From Lophium mytilinum (lineage: Eukaryota): DNA of 52,789 bases. Location: positions 289,397-342,185 of the forward strand of contig MU004191.1 of the NCBI GenBank assembly GCA_010093605.1, read 5' to 3'. The translations under genes were made by a program, and so were the position numbers. Of the stretch, positions 24,251 through 35,225 are shown in pieces (within the stretch, counting starts at the first letter, position 1; each line of letters begins with the position of its first letter). The notes under the pieces were generated by a model that was not told the DNA's origin, did not search any database, and was given only the letters and a program-made list of their open reading frames with translations.

Positions 24251-25567
24251 TCAGGCAATCTCCAGAATAGAGAAACCAGACTCCAAGGACTTTACTTCAG
24301 CGTGCTCGTCATCTTCCGAAAACATTTGCCGGCCCAAATCATGCAGTATTGCTTCGTTCGCCAAACGCGCACGGCTGAAGTTCTCATCTTTGACTCCAAC
24401 AAAAGCGGTAAGCCTGCAGTCTTTCGCGGCCTCAAGATTAACCATGAACCCGGGTCCCAAATCGGGCGGTCTGTACATACCGAGTTCCAATTTACTTCGC
24501 TGGTCCCACACAGACTTCGAAAACCACTCTGCAATCCATTCCATTGGAACTGCGCGCCAAATTGTACGAGTGTTTGTTGGATAGGTAAGATTGGTGATCC
24601 AGTGGGCGCCGCCTTTCGTAGAACTCACAGGCTCGAACGTCACTCCCGGAAACTCAGCAAATTTGCTCTTCCTGGATGTTGTCTCTTCGCCGTCGCGAAA
24701 CTGCAACACAAGACTAGTTGTCAGAGGCCCTTCGTGTACTCGACGTCCTGTTAAGAAGCTCAAGGGATTGATTTGGTGCCCGAACGCCCATTGCTCCCAC
24801 GAGAAGCCCAGCTCGCATTTTTGGTCGCCTTGCTGATGTAGTGGTTCGTGAAAGTCCGATTCGGCACCGCGGAAGAACATCCAATATGCATGGCTAATCT
24901 CATGTGCCAATGTTGTGGCGAACATGAAGTAGAATCGGTACCTCGTGGATAGGGAGGCGTGCTCAAAATCTTCAGTCAGGAAATTGAGATATGCCCGATT
25001 AAGTACAACAACTGGAACTTTGCTTTCAAAGAACAGCCTCTTCCAGATGTTGAAAGTTTTCTGTTTTGAAGGCCAGTCGTCGGGGTGAACATCCCATTCA
25101 AGATGCTTTCGATCCGAGGTGGTCCATCCGTACGTTGTTCTCGCATCACAAAATGCGCTCTCGTGATCTTGAGGGGCGAACGTCAAAGTCAAGTTTTCTG
25201 CAAGGGTGTTCAAGTTCTTCTTGACCTTATTAATCCCGCTGCGTGTGCCTTCGACATCTGAGTCCGCAAGGTAGACCTCGCCGTCTTGGTTTCGAAATTT
25301 GATTATGCCCCAAGTAAGATGTGACCACCAAGGCAAAAGGCAATCTGTCGTTATGAGTGCTGAGGCTAGTTGAAGTGCTGGTTCGAGTCTTTCGTAGTCT
25401 TTGGATGTGCCTTGACCCTTGATCCACCTGCTGCGCCCGAAAAGCGGATGAATAGGAACAGGGAGGTCAGGCTCTTGTAATCCTTCGCTGCCAATGGCTC
25501 CGTTTTCGATCAACTCCTTTTGATAAGAGCTAAAAACCTCCTCTGCAATGCTGTGAGTTGACTGCAT
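24251..25567 (-). CDS. Uncharacterised fungal protein with zincin-like HExxH motif (~438 aa), putative metallopeptidase
   Basis: Long intronless ORF with first ATG at 25567. FATTLAHEISHAYW is followed by EP and ELGFSWE (candidate third zinc ligand Glu). No signal peptide apparent. Confidence 0.72.
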   Translation of the reverse strand: MQSTHSIAEEVFSSYQKELIENGAIGSEGLQEPDLPVPIHPLFGRSRWIKGQGTSKDYERLEPALQLASALITTDCLLPWWSHLTWGIIKFRNQDGEVYLADSDVEGTRSGINKVKKNLNTLAENLTLTFAPQDHESAFCDARTTYGWTTSDRKHLEWDVHPDDWPSKQKTFNIWKRLFFESKVPVVVLNRAYLNFLTEDFEHASLSTRYRFYFMFATTLAHEISHAYWMFFRGAESDFHEPLHQQGDQKCELGFSWEQWAFGHQINPLSFLTGRRVHEGPLTTSLVLQFRDGEETTSRKSKFAEFPGVTFEPVSSTKGGAHWITNLTYPTNTRTIWRAVPMEWIAEWFSKSVWDQRSKLELGMYRPPDLGPGFMVNLEAAKDCRLTAFVGVKDENFSRARLANEAILHDLGRQMFSEDDEHAEVKSLESGFSILEIA

Positions 25568-26048
25568 GATGGTTGTCGTGGGATGTCTGATAGTAACTTG
25601 GAAGTAGGACAGACAATCTGGTGAAAGGCCCACCGTGAATCCTGGAAAACGAACTTATATGAGCTTTTACTTACAGACATTGAGCACATACTATGCGGTC
25701 GAGAAATGGGGTCAAAGGCATTGTACGGTTACGGCACATTAACCACAGAGTACATTGTAGCCTGGGTCGGCCTTTGTTTAGCTTCAAATATTCAATGAAT
25801 GGCCAACGCTCCGGTAGCACGGTCCGCATTACAGACGCGAAGGTAGGAGGCAGGCGAAATGGAATGATCAGCGAAAGCATGGCTGGCGTTCAGTATTTCG
25901 TAGTCTAAAAAGACGGTTGAATTTGTCAAACATCCGGAGTTTGATTTGTGCCGCGCGCAACGCTTTGCTCATACACATCCTAGCAAATGAATTACAAGTT
26001 AGCACCTCTATGCTGCGTGGAAACTTATCGACAGTAGCCTACCTATCT

Positions 26049-26186
26049 TCTGTACACACCAACGGAGGACGTCCAATATAGGCTTCGTAGATCGTAAATA
26101 AAGCTCATCACCCTCTACACCGGTCACTCGTATTGTAGAAGCTGCCAGTCAAATTTCGGAGAGTAATTCGGTCGCCTGCGTTGAGT
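26049..26186 (+). repeat. Direct repeat copy 1 (~135 bp; partner at 26969-27100)
   Basis: Shared ACACCAA.GGAG..CCAATATAGG..CATCACCCTCTACACC..TCACTCGTA..TGCCAGTCAAATT..CGGTCGC.TGCGT.GAGT. Confidence 0.88.
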
Positions 26187-26968
26187 TTCTTAATGCGCGA
26201 AATTTCTTTTCACAGAAGACGAGAAATCGATCGTGCTGAAGCAGAATAACTCGCCTCTGGGCTCTATTCCACAGTCCGCAAGCTTCGTTCATCATCTTCA
26301 TCCTCAACACACTAGCTCGAGTCGCCAACGTATACCTCACCACCGTGGCCACCCTCTTTTCCTCCTCGGGTGGCTTTGCATTAGGGAACTCTCCAAGACC
26401 TCCTATTGCCTCAATAGCTTCTCAGCTATCTCCAATCTCCAAAGCTAGGGCTTCCAGCATACTCCTAAGCGCTCATTTCCCCTGTGTCTCTCAAATTGGA
26501 CCATTGAACACTTGCTTCCGGTCCGTCTCCCATCCGGGCACATCGTATCGACGCCGGCGAACCACCGATAATAATGCGTGCCGTAGAGGTAACGTTTTCC
26601 GGGCCCTGCGGCCGTCTGAAACCGAAGTCGTCTCTTATGGATAGTGCTGTACGGCGTGTTGATTGCCGGGCATGGCCTGTTGTCCTTCAGTAAATTTCGA
26701 GACAGGATGATGCTACTAAACTCGTTGCCGGCCGTTGGATCAGGTATGATGAACATTCGCCCATCATCGAAGATTTTCTCGAGGATGGTGGGTTCACCAC
26801 TCCTTTGGGTTCCCCCACAGGATTTTGAAACTCCAAGGGTGATGTGGAGGTTCAAGCAGTGTAAATCGGACTGCTTCTTGACTAACTGGCTGCTAAGGAG
26901 CCGAGCTACCCCGAAAAGTGGTATCGAGTGAGCAAACTGCCTACACTCGAGGCCTGATACTTAACCTG

Positions 26969-27100
26969 TCTATATACACCAATGGAGTTCGGCCAATATA
27001 GGTCTTTTAGGCCGTATGTGAAGCCCATCACCCTCTACACCATTCACTCGTACGAGTTGCCAGTCAAATTCGAATAGCAACCCGGTCGCTTGCGTCGAGT
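26969..27100 (+). repeat. Direct repeat copy 2 (partner of 26049-26186), ~150 bp upstream of exonuclease copy 2
   Basis: See copy 1; spacing about 920 bp. Confidence 0.88.
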
Positions 27101-27252
27101 GAATGCCAACGGGGACCCCTACACTTTCACTGTTGTTAGTACATATATGGCGCATATAAGTTCTCTCCCGTACAGTGGCAGCTTTCTTTGGTCATTCCCA
27201 ACACACCCCACCATCCAGTCACTACCACTTTGTCGTCTCCACCACTACCTCG

Positions 27253-28626
27253 ATGTCTTCCATACCCTTTACTCCCCTTACCCAAACAGCAGGCATCGAA
27301 GCGTTATTGCATATGCTACGCCTTCAGCCAACCATAGAATCCAAGTAAGCCCCTCTCAAGCCAAAACCCTCCAATGGAACCAGAATAACCGTAGTCTTCT
27401 GATGTAGCATTCCATCCGATGTCGTGTTCGTATCGATAGATATTGAGAGCGCGAGCTGGCTGCCTAAGAGCCATGCAAAGCAAGGTTGCATCACAGAAAT
27501 CGGCGTTGCAGTTCTGGACACACGAGCAATTCGAGAAACAGATCCAGGTCCAGGCGGATCGAACTGGCTACAGTTCATTACTGCTAAGCACTACCAGACT
27601 CGAGAGACGGCCCGTCTTAGTACACGGAAGTTAGATAGACATGGGGCTCCTCTGTGGGCGGGGGACAAGTTCGAATTTGGACGTTCGATCCAGATGCCCA
27701 AGCATGACCTCAAGGATACTATCGTCAACGATCTCCGAATCCCGGACGAAGAACGATCAGTCGAGGATGGAGCAGAGTCGTCATCGATGACATCCTCTTG
27801 CTCTAGGTATCGAGACGTTGTTCTGGTAACTCATGCGTGGGAGAACGAAGACGCGTATCTCCGTGAGCAATTGAGCTTCTCCTATACCGAAGTAGGGACA
27901 ATCTCTGGTATCCTTGACACCCAAATCTTGGAGCGATTTGGTCCGCGGCCTGGACTTCTTACTTTGATGGGAAAGTATGGAATTTTACCACTGCATCGCC
28001 ACAATGGCGGCAACGACAGCGTATATACGCTTGCGGTTCTAATTGCTCGAGGCGTTAGCTGTCATCTCGCGAGAAACGGACAGTCCACAGGTGATCATCG
28101 TGGTGCAGAAGAATGCTTGCTCAAATTGAAGGAGACAATCGCAGCCACGATTGGTCGTTGCAACCACTGCCAACGCTACGGTCATCGCATTTCTCAGTGC
28201 GCGGAATGGCTCCTTACAGAAGACGGGAAGTCGGTGGCGCTGAAGCAAAACAAAGGCGATAAAGTGCTTCTTCTCAAAACCGAAGATGTTGAGTTGCTCG
28301 GAGGACGGTCGGGTAGAGCCGTCTCTACGATACCTTGCAAGCGGCCAATCCGCTTAATGGCTGATCTAGGGGATGAGTTGCAATTCCCCAGCCTGAGAGA
28401 CGCAAGCGGCAGTAGCGGCAGCAGCACTTCGTCGCGATCTCTGGAGTCGCAACCTGCAGCCACGAAGGCCGACAACACGAACACAGAACCGAGCGTCCCT
28501 GGGAGGCCTACTGAGGCTATTGAGCCTAGCGAACAAGTCCGTGAGGAGCCCAGCGCTTCTGAGAAGGTAACCCATGCGAAAAAAGGTCGTAAGAAGACGA
28601 CGTACGTGCCTCTTCGCCTCTGGTGA
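27253..28626 (+). CDS. QIP/Gfd2-like DEDDh exonuclease with CCHC zinc knuckle (copy 2, ~436 aa)
   Basis: Exon 1 27253-27344 (MSSIPFTPL..), 63-nt intron GTAAGC..TAG 27345-27407, then FVSIDIE, EIGVAVLDTR, FEFG, VLVTHAWENED, LDTQ, HNGGNDSVYTL, CNHCQRYGHRISQC. Confidence 0.85.
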
Positions 28627-29000
28627 ATTGAGGTTGAAGGAAGTGGTGTGATCCAGAAACTCCTGCATGGAAATGCAACTTATCGGCGTGTAATGTACTA
28701 GATAGACTAGATGCAAAGTGTGGGTTCTATTAGAGAAATCTGGATACGATTAACATAAATACTCTATTCCTGGATACGATGTCCATGAGACTGAGAGTGA
28801 GAACGTGATGAGTTGTTTGATCAATGAGAGAAGAGACGAAGAGAAGACAGTCATGAAGAATTAGAGAGAATTGACTTTGTAAAAGAAAGAGTTTTCAAGG
28901 GTCCTTCCGTTGGACACACATGAGCAGAACATAATCTCTTCATACATTGAGAGGTCTTAAGTCTAGGCACACTGGTTCGCCATTGCTTGGAGAACTCCTG

Positions 29001-29173
29001 AGGATTTAGAAGATCCAAAGGCGACGTCAATTTTAAAGCAGTGCAAATTAGACAGCCTCTTGACTATTGAGCTGTTTCGCAGCCAGGCTATCCCCTGCAG
29101 TGGTGTCAACTAAGCAAAATTGAAGCCAAGCAGTGACAGATCTATGTGTCCAGACATATGGCTTAGTACTGTA
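29001..29173 (+). repeat. Direct repeat copy B (partner of 19775-19947)
   Basis: See copy A. Confidence 0.85.
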
Positions 29174-29477
29174 ATGACTCCTGGTTCGTTCTTGTAAACC
29201 TACTTGCTACTGTTATAAGTAATTAGATGGACAATTACGATATCGAATGGGATAAGTACCAGGTACCATACTGTTCATTGGCTTCAGAGTCTGGTTCTGC
29301 GTAAAAAGAAAGAGGGTAGGAGTGAAAAGGGGCCAAGAGGCGGGGGTTCCTGATGGCCGCTGTCGGGCGGCCTGTGCGCGGATGACAGGATGACGTGATT
29401 CTAACATTTCAAAGCTCCGAAACCTCAAATCTTTGCTTTGCCACTTACCACGCGATTCAACATACAAGACCGCGATA

Positions 29478-30379
29478 ATGGCTTCAATTCTCCCCCATGT
29501 AGCTCCTCGAGCGTTCAGGCCGGCCTTTCGCACATTTGCACGGCCCCAGATCAACGTCCAGCGCCCATCCGTGCCCGTTTTCCGCCGCTATATCTCTACG
29601 CCTACCGAGCAACCGCGTCTGCGGCTTGGTTCAACAGGTTCAACGCTCAACGCTAGATGTAATAGGGATAAGAACTAACAGCCTCAGCTCCCGACTTCAC
29701 GGCCAAAACCACCCACGGAGACTTAAACTTCCACGACTTCATCGGCAACAGTTGGGCCATTCTATTCTCACATCCCGCGGACTTCACACCCGTGTGCACG
29801 ACTGAACTGGGCGCGTTCGCGAAACTAAAGGATGAGTTTGAGAAGCGAGGCGTCAAGATGATTGGACTGGTATGTCACTAAGGCTGGCGCGACACTCAAA
29901 GTCGAACCTCGTGGCTCATATGTGGATTGTTACAGAGCGCCAACGATCTAGGTTCCCACGACAAGTGGGTCGACGACATCAACGAGGTCTGCCAAACCAA
30001 CGTCCAATTCCCCATCATCGCCGATGCCGATCGAAAAGTCGCCTTCCTCTACGATATGATCAACCAGGATGATCTCGACAACATTGCCGAGAAGGGCATT
30101 GCGTTCACGATTCGATCAGTCTTCATCATCGACCCGAACAAGAAGATCAGGTTGACGATGATGTATCCCGCTTCTACAGGACGAAACACCTCGGAGGTCT
30201 TGAGGGTCATCGATTCGCTGCAGACAGGAGACAAGAAGGGTATCGCGACCCCTATCAACTGGCAAGCCGGCGAAGACGTGATCGTGCCTCCATCTGTGTC
30301 TACAGCGGACGCGAGGAAGAAGTTTGGAGACGTCAAGGAAGTCAAGCCTTATCTACGATATACCAACGTCGGGAAATAG
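29478..30379 (+). CDS. PRX1: Mitochondrial 1-Cys peroxiredoxin (Prx6 class); 3 exons
   Basis: Arg-rich presequence, [52 protein letters not shown]. Exons 29478-29637, 29688-29869, 29936-30379. Confidence 0.96.
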
Positions 30380-30584
30380 ACAGGGATATTCGATTAGTGA
30401 TGATATAGATCGAAGGTGAGCCTCAAGGTTTGATCACTACAATAGAAGAATCTTGCCACCAAGGAACGAAGTTCGCCAGTTCTATTAGTCGGGATGTGAC
30501 TTCTTCGTCACGCGGAGCTATTGCACTCAGGGTTAAAAAGCTGTATTTCCCTGACGATTGCTAATATGACAAGAACGCTACCAT

Positions 30585-32720
30585 CTATACTCTCCCGCGG
30601 TCTAGGAACTTCTTTGGGATGCCAACCGTTTTAGCCCTTAGGTATTCCATGCAGTTCTTCCCCAGAGTATCATATGTTGAGCACGCGTTGTACCCTCTAT
30701 CCAAATGATCATGGAGCAAGAAATGGACCGCCTTGATGTTTGGCATCTCGAATCGATCAATAGGCTTCTTCTTGTACTCCTCAGGACCCAGCAATCCAAT
30801 GATCTTATCGATCGTTAGCATAGACCGCAGCCAGTCCCATTCATCATCATGACGGACGAAGAAGCCGTTATTGCAATCTGATGCTTTGTCTCCACCGCGA
30901 CCGAGAACGACATAGCCCAGTGGTGCTCTAACCGTCTCTCCGAAAGTGGAGAGATCCACGGGGTCCTTTGTTTCGTATGATGGCTGTTTCTTGAGGAAAG
31001 GTTCTGTTTTTACTGGAGCTTCAATGGGGATGATGTTCTTGTCACCGAACAGAAGATGGACTCGGTGAATGATCTCTGATTGTGGGAATAGAGTCACCCA
31101 GTACTCGTAATAAGGCTTTCCCTCCGCTTGCCGCATGTCGTTGCCCAACGACGCGCCCTATAAGGACTGTTAGGGAGCTCAGATGATTTCAGGGGTCTTA
31201 CTCACCGGAACGCTCTCGAGAAACGTGACCATCGAAAGTCTGAAAAAGCCCTGTGGGTTGTCCATTCGGAGGAGTTCGCGGCTTTTTGCTTGTGCAAAGA
31301 CTCTGAAATCCACAGTGGCAAGATCCTGATTTCGGGCATCGATTGGAGAAGATCCGTTGGCATGGAACTTCAACATCGAGAACTCTTTGATGCGTTCTTC
31401 GCCGAGAGATTCTCGGATCTGGTCCTCGGTCCACTTACACTTCTCCTCAATGTCGAGGCCTACCATGTAGATATGGTATTCCGCTTGCCACCCAGCAGGG
31501 GCTGTGATTCTATATTTCTTAGTACGGTTCTCTCATTTAAGATCCTTCACATACCCAATTTTTGTAGTTGGAGGCGGAGGAAGTCCTTTCACGCCGCTTA
31601 TTTTGACGCGGTCTTCGCCAACCTGTTCCATCTTGATGTTGGAAATTTCGGCTACAACATCAGAGCCGTAGTACAGCGGTCCTTGGATTTCGTACAGCAA
31701 CTGCGATGTTACAGAGCCTACTGTGATGCAGCCTCCTGTGTTCTCTTCCTTGGTCAAGATGCACTCGCCTTTATGGTCAACTTCAGCGATAGGGAAGCCG
31801 ACATTCAGGTGTTTCTTTGCCTTTAGCAAGTCTTTGAAACCCGAATAGTACCCGCCACAAACGTAAGAAGCGCATTCGATCAGGTCTGCGATGTCGATCA
31901 GCTCAAATCAACAATCTAACAGTTTGGACTTGCTTACGTCCGACGATGAGGGAACCTGCGAGTTCATCATGCTGGTCAGGCCTCCAGTCGTGCCACCATC
32001 TATCAGATGTTAATCCTGCTTCAGATCAGACGAGAACACAACTTACGCTGCCGCGCCGATCGCAGGAGCTGCATCAGAAACACGACCGCAGATGACAATA
32101 TCCGCGCCCTGCCTCAGCGCCTCCGCAATTCCCAGCCCTCCCAGATATGCCTGCGCACACAGAGGATCCAGCCCTAGCTCTTCTAACGCCTTCCCATGCA
32201 TCAGACTCTCAAACTTCTCACCTTTCGCAATAAGTTTGTTCACAGCCTCCGTAACGTCATCCCCTTCAACCCACGCCACCTTCATTGGATGCCCCGCCTC
32301 ATCACACAGCTTCTTGACGTACTTCGCCAAAACCTCCGTACCGCTCGCGCCCGCATTGACAGCCAGCTTTGTTCCATTCTTGGCAAGATAGGGGATGGCA
32401 GGCCTGAAGCAGTCGATGAAGTTCTCGGCGAACATGGCGCCGGCCACGCTCTCATCCACGTTCCAGGCTTTGTGGTGGCCAGTGCCTGTGGTGCCGAATT
32501 CGGCGCTCACGATGCCGGATTTTTGGGCGGCGGCTTTTTGCTGGTTGGCGACTTTGCCGGCGCCATGGATGGTCATGGTCATTTCGGAGAGCCAGTCGCC
32601 CATGATGAGGTCGACCTCGGGGTTCTTGGCTAGCTGGGTAATGGCGAACACACGGTCGGAAAAGCCGCCTGAGGCGCCGCCGATGCGGATGGGACGTTTG
32701 ATGCTGGAGACGGGGGACAT
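30585..32720 (-). CDS. AtuA-like / DUF1446 (acyclic terpene utilisation family) protein; multi-exon
   Basis: PIRIGGASGGFSDR, GDWLSEMTM, AQAYLGGLGIAEALRQGADIVICGRVSDAAP, LIEC, GFPIAE, SQLLYEIQGPLY, GLPPPPTTK, GRGGDKASDCNNG, DTLGK across consecutive minus-strand ORFs separated by short introns. Confidence 0.92.
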
Positions 32721-33639
32721 GGTGATGCAATTTGGTATTGAGAAAGTATTAAGATGAATGGGACAGATGCAACTAACTACTCAAGAAAGCGACTAATAAG
32801 GAAATATATACACTTTGCCATCGCTCACTGGAATCGACTATCGGGACAGCAGCCCTGAACTTCCATCCTTCGGAAAAAGACACACGTAGATATGGACGAA
32901 GAAGAAGCAGAGGAATAGATCTGGTCGCAAGACGCAGCCTATCACGGATGCAAGCCGGGCATCCCCAAAATGTAGTGGCCGCGATCTAGCAGCTCAGGAG
33001 GAACGATGAGTGGTGTGTTTTTGTAGAATTGTTTGGTCTGCAGACATGCCGTCTTTCCCGTCCCCGCGCAGGGTGTTCTTAGGGTTTGCGGGGTACGGAT
33101 GGTGGAGACGCGATGCTGGGAGAGGGAAGGGGGCGGGGATACTCGGGGATGCGCCCGGCACGTGATGAGAAAGATAAACGTTGACGGCTAGGTAAGTTTG
33201 ATCTATTGATTTCTTCCTCTATCCTCCTATCTTTAATATCTTTGATCCATATCCCTTCCTCCTTCCTCCTTTCTTTGAGATCTTGCCACGCTTGCTCGCC
33301 ACATTTACTCCGAGTGACCCTTGTACTACGTACGTGCCCAGTTGGTGGATGACTCTGACGAACGCTCCGACTCAGCCATCTGACCCATTCTTTTCGGTGT
33401 TCAATCATTTTCGCTTGCTATCTTCACTTGCACAGTTCGGATTAATCTGGAAGGTCGCTTTTCATTTCAGGTTCTATTTCATCATGTCATTGTCTTCGAA
33501 TATAAATCTACCAAATTGACTTTTTCATTGGAGTACTCTGTAATGGATAGTTCCAAGAAGCGATCAAAACCTCTCTCTGACACAAGCATGATTCGCGATG
33601 TCCTCTAGCATGTCTCGTCTTTTTTGTCTCCATTAAGAT

Positions 33640-33670
33640 CACGTGCTCAACACGTGAGAAAATGAGTCAT
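33640..33670. promoter_or_regulatory. Cluster of two E-boxes (CACGTG) and an ATGAGTCAT (Gcn4/CpcA/AP-1-type) site in the divergent intergenic region
   Basis: CACGTG at 33640 and 33651, ATGAGTCAT at 33662-33670. Function not demonstrated. Confidence 0.35.
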
Positions 33671-33935
33671 TCTGATGTCGAATTCCTAGCGCTGAGTCTA
33701 GCCTGTTTAGTATCAAACCCCTGTCCACCATAGCCTCAAAGAAGAGTCAGACCATTTGTTCTTGCCTTGGCACTTGTGGTCCATGCTCTTGATGCTCTCT
33801 ACTAATAATGCTTGCCTTGGTGCCTTTCCACGGTATTCACCTTCAACAACACTTGGCTTCGCGGTTCGCCCTTTCTCCGAGCAGAAACTCCAACCTCAAA
33901 CCAAACCCACCTCACTTCCTCCACCATAACTTCCA

Positions 33936-34012
33936 CCAACACGACTGCATCGACTTCCAACATGACTGCATCGAATTCCAACACGACTGCTTCGAGTTCC
34001 AACATGACTGCA
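33936..34012 (+). repeat. Tandem repeat, ~3.7 x 21 bp (CCAACAYGACTGCWTCGANTT), spanning the start of the C2H2 gene
   Basis: Units start at 33936, 33957, 33978 and 33999. Confidence 0.92.
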
Positions 34013-35225
34013 ACTGCATCTAGCTACAGTTGCAACACCTGCTCAACGACGTTTGGCTCAAGCGCAGAGCAGCGTGCACATATGCGAGAAGATTGGCAGT
34101 GCGTACCCGTGAACTCATCAGATGTAAATTAGGTCGCTTACTTCGGAATAGCCTACACAACCTAAGACTCCGCATGTCTTCACTTCCCGCCATCTCTCTA
34201 TCGCAATTCCAGAATAGGGCCGAAATAATCACATTCCCTCCCGGCCTGAAATGTACAATCTGCAACCACAAGGCCGAAACCACCGTAGCATACGAACGGC
34301 ACGCAGCAGGGCATGCTGAAGAGAAATCCCTCGAAGCCTCTTCCTCCTCGCCCGACAGCTCTGAAGAGGAAGAGGAGTTGGAGGAGCTGGAGGAGCTAGA
34401 TCCGTCGCAATGTCTCTTCTGCAGCCTCCAATCGACCACCTCGGAAGCGAACATCGACCATATGCTATCCCAGCATGGGCTCTTCATTCCTGAACCAGAG
34501 AAACTGGCCGATGTGGAAATCTTCATCACCTACCTCGCCATGATTGTTTATCACTACCATGAATGCCTTTACTGCGGTGTCCAAAAAGGCTCTGTTGAGG
34601 GCATCCAGAGGCACATGAAAGACAAAGGCCATTGCATTATAAAGTTGGATCCCGGATCCGAACTACTGGAGTTCTGGGATTCGGCCTTAGAAACGAATGT
34701 CGATGCGGGTGGCGAAGAGAGAGGTGAAAAGACAAGTAAAGGAATGGAAGCGGTGCGAGTGTCGGATACGGAGATGCGGCTCGCGTCCGGCACCATCGTG
34801 GAATCCAGGTCGAGGAGCCTACACAGTCGCCATAATCTCACCAAGACTCGGACCAGTACCAAGAAAGTACGAATGAAGGCCATCGAGGGAGCCGCTGCCA
34901 GTGGAGAGCCTCAGACAACCACAGCCACTCATAGAGCGAGTAGAGATACTCGCGTTGCAATCCGTGGAGAGATGGGCTTGGTCGGCGTGTCAGAGCAGCA
35001 GAGAAGAGCTCTTATGGTCGTTGAGAAGAAGATGAAGAAGCGCGAGAATATTGATCGGGCGGCGGAGGGATGGGTGAAGGACAACGTTGCGAACAAGCAG
35101 AAGTACTTCAAGGTGTGTATGACTCGAAGTGGTGTCCATAGGTACGTTTTCCGCGGAGCCGACGACATTGGAACTTCCTGCTAACTTTGGTATAGCCTGA
35201 CGTGCCTGGTCGGATGAATGGGTAA
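33962..35225 (+). CDS. Rei1/ZNF622/TRI15-like C2H2 zinc-finger protein; 3 exons
   Basis: YSCNTCSTTF..QRAHMREDW|HLHNLRLRMSSLPAIS, CTIC..H, CLFC..NIDHMLSQHGLFIPE, CLYCG..IQRHMKDKGHC. Exons 33962-34098, 34152-35112, 35196-35225. Confidence 0.88.

Noticed and set aside
12141..35225. Trichothecene-like or other secondary-metabolite cluster (Tri11-like P450, TRI15-like, AtuA-like)
   Set aside because: No backbone enzyme (terpene cyclase, PKS, NRPS) in the window, and the genes are far apart and separated by housekeeping genes.
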